Part shown: positions 59,108-64,000 of the stretch, piece after piece | Position numbering within the stretch: the first letter of the stretch is position 1 | Layout of the letters: each line of letters opens with the position of its first letter | Assembly (NCBI GenBank): GCA_965263295.1 | Contig: OZ253665.1 | Span: 1,760,001 to 1,824,000, forward strand | DNA: 64,000 nucleotides | From: Spirochaetia bacterium | Lineage (GTDB): Bacteria > Spirochaetota > Spirochaetia > SP-2023 | Direction: 5' to 3' | Position numbers and translations under genes: made by a program | The notes under the pieces: generated by a model | What the model was told of the DNA's origin: nothing | The model's input: the letters and a program-made list of their open reading frames with translations, nothing else | Database searches by the model: none

Positions 59108-60589
59108 ATGAATAAATGGTGCATTTTTTTTATCGGCATGTCGTGTCTCGCAATGCCGTTGACCGCTCAAACATATGGGGCAATGACCGAAAGTTTGCAA
59201 TCAGAACGCGAATCTGTCCCATGGGGTGTTTTCCGCCAAAAAGTGCGGGCGGCCTTGCCTGAATTTACTTTAACGCAATTGGAAGAACAGCTCAGCGAGC
59301 TCCAAGTCGCTGCAAAATTTATAGGTGGAGATATCATGCTTCAGGCGGGAGGCGCGTATAATCTGGCATTGAATGCTACTCCGGCTTTTCCGTTCAACAC
59401 GGACGAGGCAACCGTTCACAATTTCTCCATCGCGCCTGAGCTTGTAAAAACTTTTGTGCAAACCGGTACAACCTTGAAATTGAGCCTTAACGATCAATAC
59501 TCCCATAAGATTTTTGAAGGCAATGATAAAAAGGAGAATTCCCACACGATAACTCCGACTTTCAGTATCAGTCAGAATCTGCTGCAGAACTTTTTGGGCT
59601 TGCTCTACCGTTTGGACATCGCGGCTGCTCGCCAGCAGTATGCCATTGCCCAGGCTGAGAGGGAAAGTAAAGAGCGTGCGCTGATGCAAGCTTATGACAC
59701 ATATTATCTCTCTTGGCTTACATTTTGGCGGGCTCATAAGCTGCTCGCAGAGCAAGTGGCCAAAAGTAAAGCGAGTTATGAAAATGCGCAGAATCAGCGG
59801 CGCCTGAATTATATAGACAAAGGTTCTTTTGAACGGCTTCACCTGAGTTACTTAAATTATCAGCAGAATTTGTTCAATAACGAAAAAGAATTGCTGGCAT
59901 TTGATCAGCGCTTTCGGCGCTTTCTGGGCGAAGGGCTCTACCGCCCAGACGACGATATTATCTCGGTACTGCTCGACAAAGCCCAGGATCCACTCAGAGA
60001 AATCTCTTTTCAAGATTCATGGGCCTGGGATATCAGCAGGAAGAATCTAGATCTTCTGCAAATTGTATACCGGCAAAGTCGACAAAGTCGGCTGCCCAAT
60101 TTGGTGTTAAGTACTTCATTGGCTTTGAAAAATTCGGCCACTTTTCCGGACGGAGAAACTCCCGACTATGGTGAAGTCAGCCCGACATATTCCCTTGGTC
60201 TCACTTTATCCTGGCCCCTGTTAATGCGCAAGGCAAAGAACGCCATGGCGATTGCCCAAAATAACCTGCAGCAGTTAGAAACAAATATAAATAAGCAAGA
60301 GCAGGAATTTGTTATCGGGCTTGCCAATCGCAAAAATGCTCATACGGTTTTATTGGAGGTTTATGAGTTGCAAAAGAAAGCAACGGAAGCACAGGCCACC
60401 ATTTATGCCTCAGAGAAACTTAAATACCAGCAGGCTCGATCGGGCGTCCAGGATTTATTGCTTGCCGAGATCAATCAGCTCAACGGTCAGTTAAGTATTC
60501 TGCAGACGGAAAACCAACTCATTTTGCAGTTATTGTCCCACCTATATGAAACAAGGGCGCACGATATTTTAGCGGTAGCCGAAAAATAG
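59108..60589 (+). CDS. TolC-family outer membrane efflux protein
   Basis: Signal peptide, two helical repeats, SQNLL, RLPNL.L, LGLTLSWPL, KYQQAR...DLLLAE; upstream of an RND permease. Confidence 0.85.
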   Translation: MNKWCIFFIGMSCLAMPLTAQTYGAMTESLQSERESVPWGVFRQKVRAALPEFTLTQLEEQLSELQVAAKFIGGDIMLQAGGAYNLALNATPAFPFNTDEATVHNFSIAPELVKTFVQTGTTLKLSLNDQYSHKIFEGNDKKENSHTITPTFSISQNLLQNFLGLLYRLDIAAARQQYAIAQAERESKERALMQAYDTYYLSWLTFWRAHKLLAEQVAKSKASYENAQNQRRLNYIDKGSFERLHLSYLNYQQNLFNNEKELLAFDQRFRRFLGEGLYRPDDDIISVLLDKAQDPLREISFQDSWAWDISRKNLDLLQIVYRQSRQSRLPNLVLSTSLALKNSATFPDGETPDYGEVSPTYSLGLTLSWPLLMRKAKNAMAIAQNNLQQLETNINKQEQEFVIGLANRKNAHTVLLEVYELQKKATEAQATIYASEKLKYQQARSGVQDLLLAEINQLNGQLSILQTENQLILQLLSHLYETRAHDILAVAEK

Positions 60590-60642
60590 GGCGAAGCGAT
60601 ATAAGAACACAGTAGAATTTTATATTTGAAAAGAGAGAATTA

Positions 60643-63600
60643 ATGTCTAGCACACAGCACCTTGAAAAGTTCCGCCGTGAAGATGGCTTTATCGGCTATG
60701 TCATCACTTTGTTTTATAACAAAAGAACTCTGAGTGGCATTCTCACCACTATCGTCATAGTGCTGGGTACCGTCTTTGCACTGCGCATCCAGCGCGAGGC
60801 CATGCCCAATGTGCAGGCGGATCGCTATATCGTCACAGTTAATTACCCCGGTGTGTCGCCGGCGCAGGTAGAAAAAGATGCCATCAACCCTATTGAAGAT
60901 GTCATCAGAAATATTAGTGGGATAAAAAACTTTTCTTCATCCTCGCGCCAAGGCACAGGCAGCGTGACTATTTCCATTGATGAAGATGTGGATAATCCCG
61001 ACGAAGTCGGCGATGAAATCTACCGCAGGATGGACCTTGGCAATATCCCAAATCTTTCTGCGGATGTGGAATCCCTGGCGGTGGAAAAGCTTAGTTCGGG
61101 GAATTACCCCATCTACCTGCTGGCGCTGACGCGCAGCAGTGACGCGATTCCCGACTTGGTATTCAATCAGACTGCCGATGCCCTGTCTTCGCAGTTAGAG
61201 GCCTTGTCTGGTGTCAATGAGATCCGAATGACTGGTTATCGCGAGCAGCAGATAGAAATTGAGGTGAACCCCGCCGCCCTGCGGCGCGAACACGTGGACC
61301 TGAATGCTGTGGTGGCCGCGATTCAGCAACGCAATGTGCGCACTACCGCAGGAATGCTTGAAGACCCCGACAATTATAAAGCCATAGTGACGATCAGCGA
61401 ATATCAGAACCTTAAGGAGTTGAGCAACACAATTATTCGTGCGGGCTTTGACGGCAATCGCGTACTGCTAGGTGATGTGGCTAAAGTGGCGCGGGTATTC
61501 CCCAAGAAAACTGTCTATTCGCGGGCCAACGGCCAGGAGGCTATCCTGCTGGAAGCGTATAAGACAACGGCAGCGGATATTGTAGAGGTTTCTGGGGCAA
61601 TAAAGGAATTCATGACGGAAAATAGTGCAAAGCTCCTCCCCGATGGCATAGACTGGGCTGAAATCAATAATGAGGCGCAAAATGTAGATTTGGTGACCAG
61701 CATATTAGTCAACAACGGTATGATAGGGTTTGTTTTGATACTGTTGATATTATTTCTGTTTTTAGACTTTACAACGGCTTTCTGGACGGCCTCTGCCCTG
61801 CCTCTGGTCATCATCATGACTCTCGGCTATATGGGCGCGCGAGGTATCTCGGTGAATTATCTGACATTAACTGCGATGATTACCATGATCGGCATGCTTG
61901 TCGACCATGGCATTGTTATTTCCGAAGGGATTTTTGCCAGAAGAATCAAGGGGTATTCGCCAATCCGAGCCTGTATTGAAGGTTTGAAAGCCGTGTTTTC
62001 TCCCGTTCTGGTCACGGCGGTCATCACCATCATGTCTTTTCTTCCGTTACTGCTGATCAGCGGTATCATGGGTGATTTCACTAGATTTTTTCCAATCATG
62101 GTAACTGTCATGTTGACATTTTCTTTTCTGGAAGCCAGTTTTCTGCTGGTAAGTCACCTGTTGCACACGGCTAAGCCCCACCTGGGGGAACACAAGATAA
62201 GGCATCGCGGCAAGCCTGCGGAAAAGACTTTGGAACACTGGTTTGCTCCTGTGATCCGCTTCTATCAATACGTATTGCGGTTTATACTGCGGCATCGCTG
62301 GTGGTGTGCCATTCTTTTTCTGGGCATTCTAGCGCTGGAATTCATCCTTGGCTTTCCGGCAATGCAAGAATTTAAACTTTTTGATGGACAAGATCTACCT
62401 GTTTTACAGGTCAGTTACGAAGCTGAAGAAGGAGTTGCCCTGGAAAAGGTACAAGAAGATGTAAAGCAGATGGAAGCGGCAATCGTAGAGTTGACGCCGG
62501 ATAATCAGATACAGTCTTTTTCTACTCAGGTATACAGAGGGACGGATGGAATCGTAAAAGGGAATACAATTTTGTACCTTCTTACCGATGCAGCGGATCG
62601 AGCACTGGCGTTTTCTCTGTACAATAAATTATTATCCGCCCACTTACTGCCATATGGTAGAGAGAGTCGGGTGAATCTCCTCGGCAGGGAAAAAGAAAAT
62701 CAAAGAAATCCGTACGTCCTGAATTCCGCAGAACTGGAGGCTATACCCGTCTTATTTGCGAATGTCGGCGTCGGCCTTCCAGCCGGTGCCTCTGGTGTGG
62801 GATATCCCATCAGTTTTCGGTTTTACAGTGATGATGTGGAGGAACTGCGTGCCGCCGGAACCGAAGCGGTGGCCATACTCAATTCAATTCGCGGCACGCA
62901 GAATATTCACAACAGTGAGTCCATTGAGGCCGAGCAAGTTCGCGTGGTCCTCGACTATGCCCAGATGGCGCGTTACGGCGTTTCCCTCGCGGAAGTCAAC
63001 AGCACTCTGCGCACTGCCTTTCATGGAACTACCGCATCCAAGAGCCGTTCGGGCAGTAAGACGACCGATTTTATCGTGCGCCTGGAAGAACGCTATCGCA
63101 AGTCCCTAAGGACAATTTTGCGCCTCAATGTGCACACAGCGACAGGAGAGTTTGTGCCGCTTTCGCGTTTTGCCCGCCTGGAAACGCAGCGTAGCGCCCC
63201 CTCAATTAATCATTTTAACGGCCATCGCACACTGCAGATTACCGGCGATCTTGACATGGATGCGGAAGGGGTAAACTCGCTGTCGGTCAGTCAACAATTT
63301 CAGCAGAAAGCTGCCGCACTTAAGAAAAAATATCCCGGTGTGACTCTGGATCTTTCCGGCGGTGAGGCCGAGCAGACAGAAATATTTCTAAGGGATGTCG
63401 TGCCAGCATTTATCGCTGCTGTAATTCTAATCTTCCTGATTCTGATGCTCTTATTTGATTCTTTCCTGCAGCCTTGGATCGTGATGGGAGTTGTGCCTTT
63501 TGGCCTTGCAGGAGGAATCCTGGCTCTATATTTACACGGTATGTTCATCAGCTTTATGGCTGTTCTCGGCTTTATGGGATTGATCGGTGTTGTGGTTAAT

Positions 63601-64000
63601 AGCAGTGTTATAATGGTAGAATTTATCAATCACATTGTGCATTGCTACCCGCGCGCAAAGCCTGAGCTGCTGGAGCCAATGGTGCTCAAGGGAGCCGGAC
63701 GCAGGCTGCGCGGTGTTCTGCTGACGACGCTGACAACGGTGCTGGGGCTATTTCCCACGATTTACGGCCTCGGTGGCGATCCGACCTTTGTTCGCGCTGT
63801 TGTCATTGTTCTAGGTTATGGCTTGCTCTCTACCGTAATTATAACTTTGTTTTATATACCGGCATTATATATGATACAACTGGACCTCAGATACGGCTTT
63901 GCCCAGCTGCGCCTTCGCTTAATTCCTGGGCGCAGGCAAGAGAGTCTGCCAGCATCGACAAGCCAAATACTCGTGAACAGAGAAAAATTAGCCAGGCTTG
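60643..64000 (+). CDS. RND efflux permease (AcrB/AcrD/AcrF family), stop beyond the window
   Basis: Manual translation, no stop in the stretches read: REAMPNV..VNYPGVSPAQVE...PIED, IGMLVDHGIVISE, GVVVNSSVIMVE, RLRGVLLTTLTTVLGLFP. Confidence 0.92.
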   Translation, partial: MSSTQHLEKFRREDGFIGYVITLFYNKRTLSGILTTIVIVLGTVFALRIQREAMPNVQADRYIVTVNYPGVSPAQVEKDAINPIEDVIRNISGIKNFSSSSRQGTGSVTISIDEDVDNPDEVGDEIYRRMDLGNIPNLSADVESLAVEKLSSGNYPIYLLALTRSSDAIPDLVFNQTADALSSQLEALSGVNEIRMTGYREQQIEIEVNPAALRREHVDLNAVVAAIQQRNVRTTAGMLEDPDNYKAIVTISEYQNLKELSNTIIRAGFDGNRVLLGDVAKVARVFPKKTVYSRANGQEAILLEAYKTTAADIVEVSGAIKEFMTENSAKLLPDGIDWAEINNEAQNVDLVTSILVNNGMIGFVLILLILFLFLDFTTAFWTASALPLVIIMTLGYMGARGISVNYLTLTAMITMIGMLVDHGIVISEGIFARRIKGYSPIRACIEGLKAVFSPVLVTAVITIMSFLPLLLISGIMGDFTRFFPIMVTVMLTFSFLEASFLLVSHLLHTAKPHLGEHKIRHRGKPAEKTLEHWFAPVIRFYQYVLRFILRHRWWCAILFLGILALEFILGFPAMQEFKLFDGQDLPVLQVSYEAEEGVALEKVQEDVKQMEAAIVELTPDNQIQSFSTQVYRGTDGIVKGNTILYLLTDAADRALAFSLYNKLLSAHLLPYGRESRVNLLGREKENQRNPYVLNSAELEAIPVLFANVGVGLPAGASGVGYPISFRFYSDDVEELRAAGTEAVAILNSIRGTQNIHNSESIEAEQVRVVLDYAQMARYGVSLAEVNSTLRTAFHGTTASKSRSGSKTTDFIVRLEERYRKSLRTILRLNVHTATGEFVPLSRFARLETQRSAPSINHFNGHRTLQITGDLDMDAEGVNSLSVSQQFQQKAAALKKKYPGVTLDLSGGEAEQTEIFLRDVVPAFIAAVILIFLILMLLFDSFLQPWIVMGVVPFGLAGGILALYLHGMFISFMAVLGFMGLIGVVVNSSVIMVEFINHIVHCYPRAKPELLEPMVLKGAGRRLRGVLLTTLTTVLGLFPTIYGLGGDPTFVRAVVIVLGYGLLSTVIITLFYIPALYMIQLDLRYGFAQLRLRLIPGRRQESLPASTSQILVNREKLARL

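Overview
Bacterial chromosomal window, probably from a spirochete. This is an inference from the Borrelia/Treponema-type ParC N-terminus, the fliK-flgD pair with a sigma28-like promoter and a small spirochete-type membrane protein. The first ~52 kb is mostly housekeeping and metabolic genes: rpsA/cmk/xerC, an RNase II-family gene, GDPD, a dipeptidase, trxA, nagA, can, mnmG, parC, a YjfI-like+PspA pair, an ascorbate-type PTS, tdh-kbl-gcvTHP-avtA, rplM-rpsI, fliK-flgD, hydG-aspartase-like-tyrS, an ABC exporter, a DRTGG protein and a Prx-Grx hybrid. About 52.3-58.7 kb is a mosaic accessory segment: probable remnants of a peptide-modification (RiPP-like) cluster, an intact iron/cobalamin-type ABC importer and nested IS630/IS5 relics. 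It is followed by TolC and an RND permease that runs off the end. The most unusual signal is a triplicated pspA translation-initiation region: a start-stop element, then a 24-aa copy of the PspA N-terminus, then an A9 tract that would fuse that copy in frame to PspA after a 1-nt slip. Short in-frame tandem repeats in core genes also recur (XerC, GcvT, FliK, TyrRS). I recognised no rRNA, tRNA or CRISPR array. All family calls come from motif recognition by eye, not database searches.
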